Shown: positions 33,797 to 42,338 of the stretch, piece by piece | How the letters are laid out: each line of letters opens with the position of its first letter | Position numbering within the stretch: position 1 is the stretch's first letter | From: an uncultured Acidobacteriota bacterium | GTDB taxonomy: Bacteria; Acidobacteriota; Polarisedimenticolia; J045 | Length of the DNA stretch: 64,000 bases | Assembly (NCBI GenBank): GCA_963702425.1 | Contig: CAVPCQ010000024.1 | Coordinates: 1 to 64,000 of the forward strand | Direction: 5' to 3' | Translations under genes and position numbers: made by a program | Notes under the pieces: generated by a model | What the model saw: the letters and a program-made list of their open reading frames with translations, nothing else | Databases searched by the model: none | Told to the model about the DNA's origin: nothing

Positions 33797-34410
33797 CCAT
33801 GCGACACGCCCCTTCCCTGCTCACGAGCGCGCTGCTCGCCGCCGGCCTGCTCGGCGCGGCGCCCGGAGCGGCGCTCGCCGGCGCGGCGTCGCCGGGCGCC
33901 GAAGAACCGATCGGCGCGTCGCTCTCGGCCTTCTTCGATCCCAAGTTCATCGCCGCGGTCGCCGATCCCGACGGGGAGCTGGTCGAGGTGAACCTCCCGG
34001 GCACGCTGCTGCAGGGACTCGCCAAGGGAATGGCCGCGGAGGAGCCCGGTGCGGCGAAAGCGTTGGGCGGGCTCACCGGCGTCAATGCACTGGTCGTCAC
34101 CGTCAAGGCCGACAAGGTCGAGGAAGCGCACCGGCGTGTACGCACGCTCTCGGAGGAGCTCGTCGCGAAGGGCTGGAGCCCGCTGGCGCGCGTGCGCGAC
34201 AAGTCGTCCACCGTGACGGTGCTGTCGGGCAAGGGTGCCGGCGACGGGAGGATCGACGGCCTCGTCGTGCTGGTGTTCGATCGCGAGGACCGCGAGCTGG
34301 TCGTCTGTCACCTGGCCGGAACGTTCGACCTCTCGCAGCTCGGGACGATCACCAGGAGCCTCGACGTTCCCGGGCTCGACGCCCTCGACGGCAGCGCGCA
34401 GAAACCGTAG
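33793..34410 (+). CDS. Secreted DUF4252-like protein
   Basis: Signal peptide; VEVNL..LL, GWSPLARVR, IDGLVVLV, ELVVCHLAG.FD. Confidence 0.7.
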   Translation: MTMRHAPSLLTSALLAAGLLGAAPGAALAGAASPGAEEPIGASLSAFFDPKFIAAVADPDGELVEVNLPGTLLQGLAKGMAAEEPGAAKALGGLTGVNALVVTVKADKVEEAHRRVRTLSEELVAKGWSPLARVRDKSSTVTVLSGKGAGDGRIDGLVVLVFDREDRELVVCHLAGTFDLSQLGTITRSLDVPGLDALDGSAQKP

Positions 34411-34444
34411 TCCGGGGGACCGCTCTCGTGGGCGCGCGGGTGAC

Positions 34445-34894
34445 CTACGCGGTCTGCACGTCGAAATCGCGGACGATCGTCTGCCAGCCGACGATGTCGG
34501 GGTCGTCGAGCGGGTAGATCAGGCAGCCGCAGACCGCCCCGGGAAACGGCGCGGGGCTGATGTGCATCACCAGCAGGTCGGCGAAGACGCGCCGCCCGCC
34601 GATGCGGATCGCGACCTTCTGGATGCACCGTCCCAGCTCGAGGCCCGGCAGGTCTTTCCCGAGCACGAACGACAGCCCCGAGGCGCTGATGTCGCGCACG
34701 GCCATCGCGCAGCGGTGGGCCTCCGGGGTGGGCCACCCGAACTGGACCTGCGCGTCCACCCCGGACGGGATGGAGTGGCGCAGGGCGCGGCGGCGGCATT
34801 CTGTCGATGTGCGCATCTGGGGTTGGTCCAGGGTCAAAGCTAGGTCCCCCCTCCCCGGCGAGCCAGCGCTGCGGGCGGCACCGGGATCGGTCAT
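34445..34894 (-). CDS. Stand-alone PilZ domain protein
   Basis: RRRALR (RxxxR) and DISASG (DxSxxG) c-di-GMP binding motifs; GGAGG RBS. Confidence 0.7.
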   Translation of the reverse strand: MTDPGAARSAGSPGRGDLALTLDQPQMRTSTECRRRALRHSIPSGVDAQVQFGWPTPEAHRCAMAVRDISASGLSFVLGKDLPGLELGRCIQKVAIRIGGRRVFADLLVMHISPAPFPGAVCGCLIYPLDDPDIVGWQTIVRDFDVQTA

Positions 34895-34903
34895 CCTCCC
34901 GGC

Positions 34904-36082
34904 GTGGCCAGCCCGCCTCCAGACGCCCGCGCGCCGACCCTCCTGCGTCGGGCCCTCCTCGCCTGGTACGACGGCGCCCGCCGCGACCTGCCGTGGCGCC
35001 ACACTCGCGACCCCTACGCGATCTGGATCTCCGAGGTGATGGCGCAGCAGACGACCATCCAGGCGGTGATCCCGTTCTGGGAGCGATTCCTGGCCTCGTT
35101 CCCGGACGTGCGCGCGCTGGCCGCGGCGCCGTTCGACGAGGTCCTGCGCCACTGGGCCGGGCTCGGCTACTACCGGCGCGCGCGCTACCTCCACGCCGCC
35201 GCGCGCACGGTCGTGACGGAGCACGCCGGCGAGTTGCCGCGCACCTCGGCGGGCTGGCTGACCCTTCCCGGGATCGGCAGCTACACCGCTGCCGCGATCG
35301 CGTCGATCGCGTTCGCTGAACCGGTGGCGGTCGTGGACGGCAACGTCGTGCGCGTCCTCGCACGCTTCGACCGCGTCGTCGAGCCGCCGGATCGCGCTCC
35401 GGCCCGCCGTAGGTTCGCGGCCCGCGCCGGTGAGCTGCTCGACCCGGCCCGGCCCGGCGACTCCAACCAGGCGTTGATGGAGCTGGGAGCGACGGTCTGC
35501 ACGCCGCGCGCGCCGCGCTGCCCGGCTTGCCCGTGGACCGGGGCCTGCCTCGCGCGCGCCGCGGGCGACCCGGAGCGGTTTCCCGCCGCGGTCCCCCGCC
35601 CGGAGACAGTCCCGGTCCTGCGCGGTGCCGTGCTCGTGCGCGACCGCCGCGGCCGGGTCCTGCTGCGGCGCATCCCCGAGGGGGAGGTGAACGCCGGCCT
35701 GCTCGAGCTGCCGAGCGCTGCGATCCGCGAGTGGCCCGGCGGCTCGAGCGTCGAGTCGCTCTCTCGAACGACCGACCTCGTGGCGCTCGCACGGCGCAGT
35801 CTCGGCCGCGCGCTCGCGCGCGACGCCGGACTCGCGGTGACGCTGCGCGACGCGCTCGGCACGGAGCGCCACGCGATCACCCATCGCCGGATCACGGTCG
35901 TCCTCTTCGCGGCAACGCTGCGCGGGGCCGCGCCGCACGGTCGGGGCTGGTCGTGGACGGAGCCGGAGGAGTTGCCCGTCGCCGGGCTGACGAGCGCAGC
36001 GCGCAAGCTCTCGCGATTCGTCGAGGGGCCGGCGGAGCCGGAGGCGAAGCCGCCTACGTCGCCGCCGGCTCGACGATCTTGA
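34904..36082 (+). CDS. mutY: A/G-specific adenine glycosylase
   Basis: RDLPWR, WISEVMAQQT, WAGLGYYRRA, LPGIG, VDGNV, CTPRAPRCPACPWTGAC 4Fe-4S loop. Confidence 0.93.
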   Translation: MASPPPDARAPTLLRRALLAWYDGARRDLPWRHTRDPYAIWISEVMAQQTTIQAVIPFWERFLASFPDVRALAAAPFDEVLRHWAGLGYYRRARYLHAAARTVVTEHAGELPRTSAGWLTLPGIGSYTAAAIASIAFAEPVAVVDGNVVRVLARFDRVVEPPDRAPARRRFAARAGELLDPARPGDSNQALMELGATVCTPRAPRCPACPWTGACLARAAGDPERFPAAVPRPETVPVLRGAVLVRDRRGRVLLRRIPEGEVNAGLLELPSAAIREWPGGSSVESLSRTTDLVALARRSLGRALARDAGLAVTLRDALGTERHAITHRRITVVLFAATLRGAAPHGRGWSWTEPEELPVAGLTSAARKLSRFVEGPAEPEAKPPTSPPARRS

Positions 36083-36422
36083 CGTTCCCCTGAAAGATCC
36101 CCCCCTCCTGCACGGAGAGGGACGGGCGCAGCATCTCCAGCTCGCCGGTGAACTTCCCGCCGGTCGCGATCAGGACCGACTCGCGCACCGAGACGTGCCC
36201 GTCGAGCTGGCCGTAGACGGCGAGCGACGCGACCTCGACCCGGCCAGTCACGTGTCCCTTCTCGCCGACGACGAGCGCCTGGCCGCTGAGCTTGACGTTC
36301 TCGACGACCCCTTCGATGCGCAGCGTCCCCTCGAAGCGCAGCTCGCCGCCGGTGAGCTGGCTGCCCTCGCCGAGGCGGCCGTCGGACGCGCCCGAACCGT
36401 TGCTGCCCGGCCGGCGCAGCAT
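36054..36422 (-). CDS. Bactofilin (polymer-forming cytoskeletal protein)
   Basis: LRFEGTLRIEG, LVVGEKGHVTG, VYGQLDG, SVQEGGIFQG beta-helix repeats. Confidence 0.8.
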   Translation of the reverse strand: MLRRPGSNGSGASDGRLGEGSQLTGGELRFEGTLRIEGVVENVKLSGQALVVGEKGHVTGRVEVASLAVYGQLDGHVSVRESVLIATGGKFTGELEMLRPSLSVQEGGIFQGNVKIVEPAAT

Positions 36423-37336
36423 CAGTGCACCTGGCTGCCGGAAGCGCGCAGCAGCAGGCGGTAGAGCCGGTCGAGGTCGTCGTCGCCGGCGAACCGGATC
36501 TCGATCCGCCCGCGGCCGGCGCGGCTGGTCTGGATCGCCACCTTCGCTCCCAGGGCGCGCGACAGCGTCTTCTCCGCGGCCGCGACGTTGGGGTCGCGGG
36601 CCGCCGCCCCCTCGCGCGGTGCGACCGGGCCGATCGTGTTCGCGCGCCGGACCCGCTCCTCCGTCTCGCGCACCGACCACTTGGACGACGCGGCCTGCCG
36701 GGCCAGCCGAATCGCCTGCTCACGGTCCTCGAGGCCGGCCAGTGCGCGGCCGTGGCCCATCTCCAGCTCACGGTTGTCGAGCAGCTCCTGGACCTCGTCC
36801 GGCAGCTCGAGCAGGCGCAGGAAGTTCGCGACCGAGCTGCGCGGCTTGCCGACGCGCTCGGCCACCTCGGCCTGCGTCAGCCCGAACTCGCGGATCAGCG
36901 TGCGGAAGCCGCGCGCCGTCTCGAGCGGCGCCAGGTCGTCGCGCTGCAGGTTCTCGACCAGCGCGATCGCGAGCATCTGGTCGTCGGTCAACCGGCGCAC
37001 CGTGACCGGGATCCGCTCGAGCCCCGCCTTGCGTGCCGCGCGCCAACGCCGCTCGCCGGCGACGAGCGTGAAGGTGCCGTCCCTCTCCTCGCGCACGATC
37101 AGCGGCTGCAGCACGCCGCTCTGCCGGATCGACGCCGCGAGGTCGGCGATCTCCTCCTCGTCGAAGCGCTTGCGCGGCTGACGGGGGTTGGGGCGGATGC
37201 GGTCGATCGGCAGCTCGCGCGCCCCGCCGGGCGCGGTGACGGGCGCGGACTCGACCAGCGCGTCGGCCGCGGGGGCATCGGGAATCAGGCTGCTGAGGCC
37301 CTTACCCAACGCTCGGCGCTTCGGTTCGACCTTCAC
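36422..37336 (-). CDS. parB: Chromosome partitioning protein ParB
   Basis: RRALGKGL, NPRQPR, AGERRWRA, ENLQRDDL, HTH RSSVANFLRLL. Confidence 0.96.
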   Translation of the reverse strand: MKVEPKRRALGKGLSSLIPDAPAADALVESAPVTAPGGARELPIDRIRPNPRQPRKRFDEEEIADLAASIRQSGVLQPLIVREERDGTFTLVAGERRWRAARKAGLERIPVTVRRLTDDQMLAIALVENLQRDDLAPLETARGFRTLIREFGLTQAEVAERVGKPRSSVANFLRLLELPDEVQELLDNRELEMGHGRALAGLEDREQAIRLARQAASSKWSVRETEERVRRANTIGPVAPREGAAARDPNVAAAEKTLSRALGAKVAIQTSRAGRGRIEIRFAGDDDLDRLYRLLLRASGSQVH

Positions 37337-38090
37337 GGCTGAGTATCTCCTTGGCGAGATCGAGGTAGGCCTCGGCCCCCTTCGAGCGGCCGTCGTACAT
37401 GAAGATCGGCTTACCGAACGAGGGCGCTTCGCCAAGCCGGATGTTGCGCGGGATGACGGTCGTGTAGACGGCGCCCTTGAAGAAGTTGTAGACCTCCTGC
37501 GCGACCTGGCGCGAGAGGTTGGTGCGCTCGTCGTACATCGTCAGCAGCACCCCTTCGACCGCGAGGCGCGGGTTGAGCGCCTTCTTCACGCGGCGCAGCG
37601 TCTCGATCAGCTGCGTCACCCCTTCGAGCGCGAGGTACTCGCACTGGATCGGGATCAGCACCGCGTCGGCGGCGGTCAGAGCGTTGACGGTCAGGAAGCC
37701 CAGCGACGGCGGGCAGTCGACGAGAACGAAGTCGTACCGCTCGCGCACGGCGCCCAGGATCTCGGTGAGGCGGAACTCGCGGCGCGGCAGCCCCTGCAGC
37801 TCGACCTCCGCCCCGGTCAGCTCGTTCTCGGAGGGACACAGAGAGAGGTTCTCGAGGTCGGTCGCGAGCAGCGTCTCCTCGATCGGAAACCCCTCGATCA
37901 GCGCGTCGTAGATCGTGCGCCGCTCCGGGTTGCGCTCGAAGCCCAGCGCGCGGGTGCTGTTGGCCTGCGGGTCGAGGTCGACGAGCAGCGTGCGGCGCCC
38001 GGCCAGGGCGAGCCCGGCACCGAGGTTGACGGAGGTCGTCGTCTTGCCGACCCCACCTTTCTGGTTGGCGACAGCGATCGTGCGCGACAT
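37302..38090 (-). CDS. parA: ParA/Soj ATPase
   Basis: NQKGGVGKTT, DLDPQAN, DCPPSLG, IPRNIRLGEAPSFG. Confidence 0.96.
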   Translation of the reverse strand: MSRTIAVANQKGGVGKTTTSVNLGAGLALAGRRTLLVDLDPQANSTRALGFERNPERRTIYDALIEGFPIEETLLATDLENLSLCPSENELTGAEVELQGLPRREFRLTEILGAVRERYDFVLVDCPPSLGFLTVNALTAADAVLIPIQCEYLALEGVTQLIETLRRVKKALNPRLAVEGVLLTMYDERTNLSRQVAQEVYNFFKGAVYTTVIPRNIRLGEAPSFGKPIFMYDGRSKGAEAYLDLAKEILSREGRTEAPSVG

Positions 38091-38247
38091 GCGGGGGGAC
38101 CCTAAATTCGGAAGGCCGGATCGTAGCACAGGGGGGTCACGCTGACCCTGCCCTTGCCCCTGGTCGGATGGCTTACATGAGTGGTTGGAGGGGTTCTGTT
38201 CTTTATTAAGTTGTTGATAATAAACAATTTAAACTGGGCTCCGGAAA

Positions 38248-38263
38248 TGTTCCACGTGGAACA
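38248..38263. promoter_or_regulatory. parS site 1
   Basis: Palindrome TGTTCCACGTGGAACA next to parAB. Confidence 0.92.
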
Positions 38264-38294
38264 TCGTGCCGTTCTGAGGGCGGTCGGACCCGGA

Positions 38295-38310
38295 TGTTCC
38301 ACGTGGAACA
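38295..38310. promoter_or_regulatory. parS site 2
   Basis: Identical palindrome TGTTCCACGTGGAACA. Confidence 0.92.
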
Positions 38311-38374
38311 ATCCCCTGCGCCGGGCACCTCCGGGGAGGAGACCGTAAGATCTCGCGCCCGGAGAGGAGTCGCG

Positions 38375-40216
38375 GTGCGGACCCGAGACCCCGTGGTTGT
38401 GATCGGCGGCGGCCACGCCGGAGTGGAAGCGGCGGCGGCGGCGGCGCGCCTCGGGGTCGAGGTCGTTCTGCTGACGCTCGACCCCGGGTCGCTCGTCCGG
38501 CTCTCGTGCAACCCGGCCATCGGCGGGATCGGCAAGGGCCACCTGGTGCGGGAAATCGACGCCCTGGGGGGGGTGATGGGACTCGCGGCGGACACCGCTG
38601 GCACCCACTTCCGGTTGCTCAACCGGAGCCGCGGCCCGGCGGTCCAGGGGCCGCGGGCCCAGCAGGACTACGATCGCTACCCCGCCGCCGTCCAGCGGAT
38701 GATCGAGGCCGACGGCCGGATCGAGCTTCAGGCGGGGGAAGCGACCGGGTTGCGGGTCGAGAACGGGCGAATCGCGGGGGTCGACAGCGCGGACGGGCGG
38801 CACTTCCCGGCCTCCTCGGTGGTACTGACGACCGGGACCTTCCTGCGGGGCCTGCTGTTCCAGGGAGAGACGGTCACCCCGGGCGGGCGAGCAGGAGAGT
38901 CCCCGTCCGACACCCTCTCGGCGGCCCTCGAGGCCCTTGGCCTCCGTCTGGAACGCTTCAAGACCGGCACGCCACCGCGACTCTGGCGGCGATCCCTCGA
39001 TCCTGCGCAGTTCGAGGAACAGCCCGGGGATGAGCGGCCGGTCCCGTTCTCGTTCCTGAACCTGGGGGACGATCCCTTCTGCCCGGTGCTGCCGCAGCTC
39101 ACGACATGGCTCGCGTACTCCAACGAGCGGGTCCACGCGCTGGTTCGGGCGGGGCTCGATCGCTCCCCGCTCTACACCGGAAAGATCCGGGCGAAGGGGC
39201 CGCGCTACTGTCCTTCCTTCGAGGACAAGGTCGTGCGCTTCGCGGATCGCGAGCGCCACCTCCTGCACCTCGAACCGATGGGGATCGACCACCCCTGGGT
39301 CTACGTGAACGGGCTTTCCACCAGCCTTCCGCCGGAGATCCAGGCCGAGCTGGTCGCTTCGATCGACGGGCTCGAACGGGCTGAGGTCGCGCGCTGGGGG
39401 TACGCGGTCGAGTACGACTTCGCGCCGCCGACCCAGCTCCTCCCGAACCTCGGGGCGCGTTCGATCCCGGGCCTCTACCTCGCCGGGCAGATCTGCGGCA
39501 CCACCGGCTACGAGGAGGCGGCCGGCCTCGGACTGATCGCGGGTGCGAACGCGGGGTTGGCCGCCCAGGGCCGCGACCCGTGGGTCCCTGATCGTTTCGA
39601 GTCGTACCTGGGGGTGATGGTCGACGACCTGACGACGGTCGGGGTGCTGGAGCCCTACCGGATGTTCACCTCCCGCGCCGAGCTCCGCCTCTCGCTCTCG
39701 GCCGACTCGGCCGACCGCCGCCTCAGCGCCGCCGGGGAGCACCTGGGGCTCGTTCCGGCCGGCCGCGCGGCCCGCAGCAGGGCGCGCTGGGAACGAATCG
39801 AGCGGGCCCGGTGTGCCCTTGACGGGGCAGCCGACCTGCGCGGTACGCGCGGCGCAGCGCCGGCTGACCGGATCCGGCGCGGCGACCTGCCGGAGCAGGT
39901 CTTCGTCGATCACCTCCCGCCGGACCTCCGGCTGCCGGACAGCGACGCCGGGACGCTGGCGGGGCTGCTGCGCTACCGTGGGTACCTCGACCGGGAGCGG
40001 CGCGAGGCTGAGCGCCTGGCCGACGCCGAGCGGGTCCGGATTCCGGGCGATTTCGGCTACGACGGGCTCTCCGGCCTCTCCAACGAGTTGCGCGAGCGGC
40101 TTTCCGAGGTTCGGCCCGCGTCGCTCGGACAGGCCTCGCGAATCCCGGGGATGACGCCGGCAGCCCTGGGCCTGCTCGTTGCCGCGATCGGCCAGCGCGC
40201 CCGGACGGCGTCGTGA
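38375..40216 (+). CDS. mnmG: tRNA U34 carboxymethylaminomethyl modification enzyme MnmG/GidA
   Basis: IGGGHAG, SCNPAIGG, FKTGTPPR, GPRYCPS.EDK, EPYRMFTSRAE. Confidence 0.96.
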   Translation: MRTRDPVVVIGGGHAGVEAAAAAARLGVEVVLLTLDPGSLVRLSCNPAIGGIGKGHLVREIDALGGVMGLAADTAGTHFRLLNRSRGPAVQGPRAQQDYDRYPAAVQRMIEADGRIELQAGEATGLRVENGRIAGVDSADGRHFPASSVVLTTGTFLRGLLFQGETVTPGGRAGESPSDTLSAALEALGLRLERFKTGTPPRLWRRSLDPAQFEEQPGDERPVPFSFLNLGDDPFCPVLPQLTTWLAYSNERVHALVRAGLDRSPLYTGKIRAKGPRYCPSFEDKVVRFADRERHLLHLEPMGIDHPWVYVNGLSTSLPPEIQAELVASIDGLERAEVARWGYAVEYDFAPPTQLLPNLGARSIPGLYLAGQICGTTGYEEAAGLGLIAGANAGLAAQGRDPWVPDRFESYLGVMVDDLTTVGVLEPYRMFTSRAELRLSLSADSADRRLSAAGEHLGLVPAGRAARSRARWERIERARCALDGAADLRGTRGAAPADRIRRGDLPEQVFVDHLPPDLRLPDSDAGTLAGLLRYRGYLDRERREAERLADAERVRIPGDFGYDGLSGLSNELRERLSEVRPASLGQASRIPGMTPAALGLLVAAIGQRARTAS

Positions 40217-40872
40217 AGCCCCAGAGGCTGCCACCGTCGGCCGATGAACTGGCACGCGCCGTCGCCGACGGCTGGGACCGAATGGGGGGAGCACCCCTCG
40301 CCCCCGCCCTGGCGGGACGGATCGGGGGGCAGCTGAACCTGCTGTATCTCTGGAACCGTCGGTTCAACCTGACCGCGATTCGCGATCCGCTCGAGGGGGT
40401 GCGCCGGCACGCGCTCGAGGCGCTCGAGGCGACGCTCGTCCCGGGGCTGCCGGAAGGAGGGCTGCTCGTCGATCTCGGCAGCGGGAACGGCTTTCCAGCA
40501 CTGCCGATCCTGGCGGCGCGGCCGGCCCTCTCCGGGCTGCTGGTCGAGAGTTCCGCGCGCAAGGTGGACTTCCTGCGCGCCGCGGCGCGCGAGAGCGGGC
40601 TCGCGGACCGGGTGCGAGTCGAACAGCTCACCTTCGCCCGGATCGAGCAGCTTCCTCCGGAGATCGCGGTCCTGACCCTGCGCGGTTTCCCCGATCCAGA
40701 GCGCTGGGTCCTGGAGGCGGGGGTTCAACGGCCGGCCGCAGCGGTCCTGGCCTGGCTGTCGCTCGATGACGCCTCGCGCATCGCACGGCTTCTCGAGCAG
40801 CGGGGAGCCCGGGCCGAGGTGCGTCCGCTCCGCTCCTCGGGCACGGGGGCGATCCTTCGGACCGGGGGCTAG
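40213..40872 (+). CDS. rsmG: 16S rRNA G527 methyltransferase RsmG/GidB
   Basis: WNRRFNLTA, DLGSGNGFP, ESSARKVDFL; follows mnmG. Confidence 0.88.
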   Translation: MKPQRLPPSADELARAVADGWDRMGGAPLAPALAGRIGGQLNLLYLWNRRFNLTAIRDPLEGVRRHALEALEATLVPGLPEGGLLVDLGSGNGFPALPILAARPALSGLLVESSARKVDFLRAAARESGLADRVRVEQLTFARIEQLPPEIAVLTLRGFPDPERWVLEAGVQRPAAAVLAWLSLDDASRIARLLEQRGARAEVRPLRSSGTGAILRTGG

Positions 40873-40902
40873 CGCGACCGGCCGCGGGCGGCCGCGGCGG
40901 CG

Positions 40903-42279
40903 CTACTTCCCGATGCAGAAGCGCGCGAAGATCCGCTCCAGCAGCGCTTCCGGACCCACGTCGCCGAGGATCTCGCGCAGCGCGTGGACTGCCCGCCGCA
41001 ACTCGAGTGCGACCAGTTCCGGCCCGGCCTCGTTCTGCGCCAGGCCTGACGCCGCCCGCAGCGCGTCGCGTGCGTCGAGCGCCGCGGCGAGGTGTCGCTC
41101 GGTCGCCAGCGCAACGCTCTCGATCGGGCGCGCGCCCGGCGCGTGAAGCGCCTCGGCGATCGCGGCGCGCAGCGCGTCGATCCCCTGCCCCGTCCGCGAG
41201 CTGACGGCGATCGTCCCCTCGGCCGGCGCTCCCGCGGGGGGGAGGTCGGCATGAGTGCCGACCCGCAACCGGAGCGGGGCCGGCGGACCGGCAGGCCGGT
41301 CAGGTAGCGAGAGGTCGTAGACCTCGAGGACGAGGTGCGCGGCCTCGGCGGCGGCGAGCGCGCGGCGCATCCCCTCCGCCTCGGCGTGGCCGCCGGGATC
41401 GCCCACCCCGGCGGCGTCGACGAGAACGGTCGGCAGGCCTTCGATCACGACCTGCTCCTCGATCAGGTCGCGCGTGGTCCCCGGCTCGGCCGTCACGATC
41501 ACGCGATCGAATCCGATTAAGTTGTTGAAAATACTGGACTTGCCGGAATTCGTGGGGCCGAGGAGAACGACCCGCGCCCCTTCCCGGATCCGTCGCGCCC
41601 GCTCCGATGCGCCCGCCAGCCGGTCGATCCGGGAGGCCAGGTGCTCCACCCGCTCGGTCACAGCCGCGCCGTCGAGCGCGAGCACTGCCTCGCCGTCGGC
41701 GAAGTCGAGACCGGCTTCGACCTCCGCCAGCAATTCGAAGATCGCGTCGGCGAGCGGGCCGATCGCTGCCGAGACCTCGCCGGCGAGTTGGCGCGCCGCG
41801 ATGCGCGCCTGCTCCACGCTCCCGGCCTCGACCAGATCGCGCACCGCTTCGGCCTGGGCGAGATCGAGCTTGCCGTGGCGCAGCGCGCGCAGCGTGAACT
41901 CGCCGGGCGCGGCCGGGCGCGCCCCCGCGGAAATGCACGCAGCGACCGTTTCCCGCACGATGGCGGGGGATCCGTGAAGCGTGATCTCGGCCACCTCCTC
42001 GCCGGTCACGCTGTGCGGGGCTCGATGCAGCGTGGCCATCGCCTGGTCGATGATCGCCCCGCTCCGATCGCGGACGCAGCCGAGCATCGGCCGACGATCG
42101 ATGAGCGGCGCCGCACTCACTCGGGTGAAGACGTGCGCGAGGATCTCCGCGCTGCGCGACCCGGAGAGGCGCACGACAGCCAGCGCGCCCCGTCCCGGGG
42201 GGGTCGCCTGAGCCACAATGGTGACGACTTGCGGGTCCGTGACCGGCCTCCTACCGTCGTTTGGGATTTGCGCTAGCAT
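40903..42279 (-). CDS. mnmE: tRNA modification GTPase MnmE/TrmE
   Basis: TIVAQATP, PGEFTLRA, GPTNSGKSS, GTTRD, C-terminal FCIGK; start uncertain. Confidence 0.93.
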   Translation of the reverse strand: MLAQIPNDGRRPVTDPQVVTIVAQATPPGRGALAVVRLSGSRSAEILAHVFTRVSAAPLIDRRPMLGCVRDRSGAIIDQAMATLHRAPHSVTGEEVAEITLHGSPAIVRETVAACISAGARPAAPGEFTLRALRHGKLDLAQAEAVRDLVEAGSVEQARIAARQLAGEVSAAIGPLADAIFELLAEVEAGLDFADGEAVLALDGAAVTERVEHLASRIDRLAGASERARRIREGARVVLLGPTNSGKSSIFNNLIGFDRVIVTAEPGTTRDLIEEQVVIEGLPTVLVDAAGVGDPGGHAEAEGMRRALAAAEAAHLVLEVYDLSLPDRPAGPPAPLRLRVGTHADLPPAGAPAEGTIAVSSRTGQGIDALRAAIAEALHAPGARPIESVALATERHLAAALDARDALRAASGLAQNEAGPELVALELRRAVHALREILGDVGPEALLERIFARFCIGK

Positions 42280-42338
42280 GCATGTTTCGCCCGGGCGGGG
42301 GGAACCCTCCCGGCTACGGGGAATGCCAGGAGGCCTCG

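Noticed and set aside
38294-38374. N-terminal extension MFHVEQ on MnmG
   Set aside because: This is the parS palindrome read as codons; the RBS GGAGAGGAG supports GTG 38375
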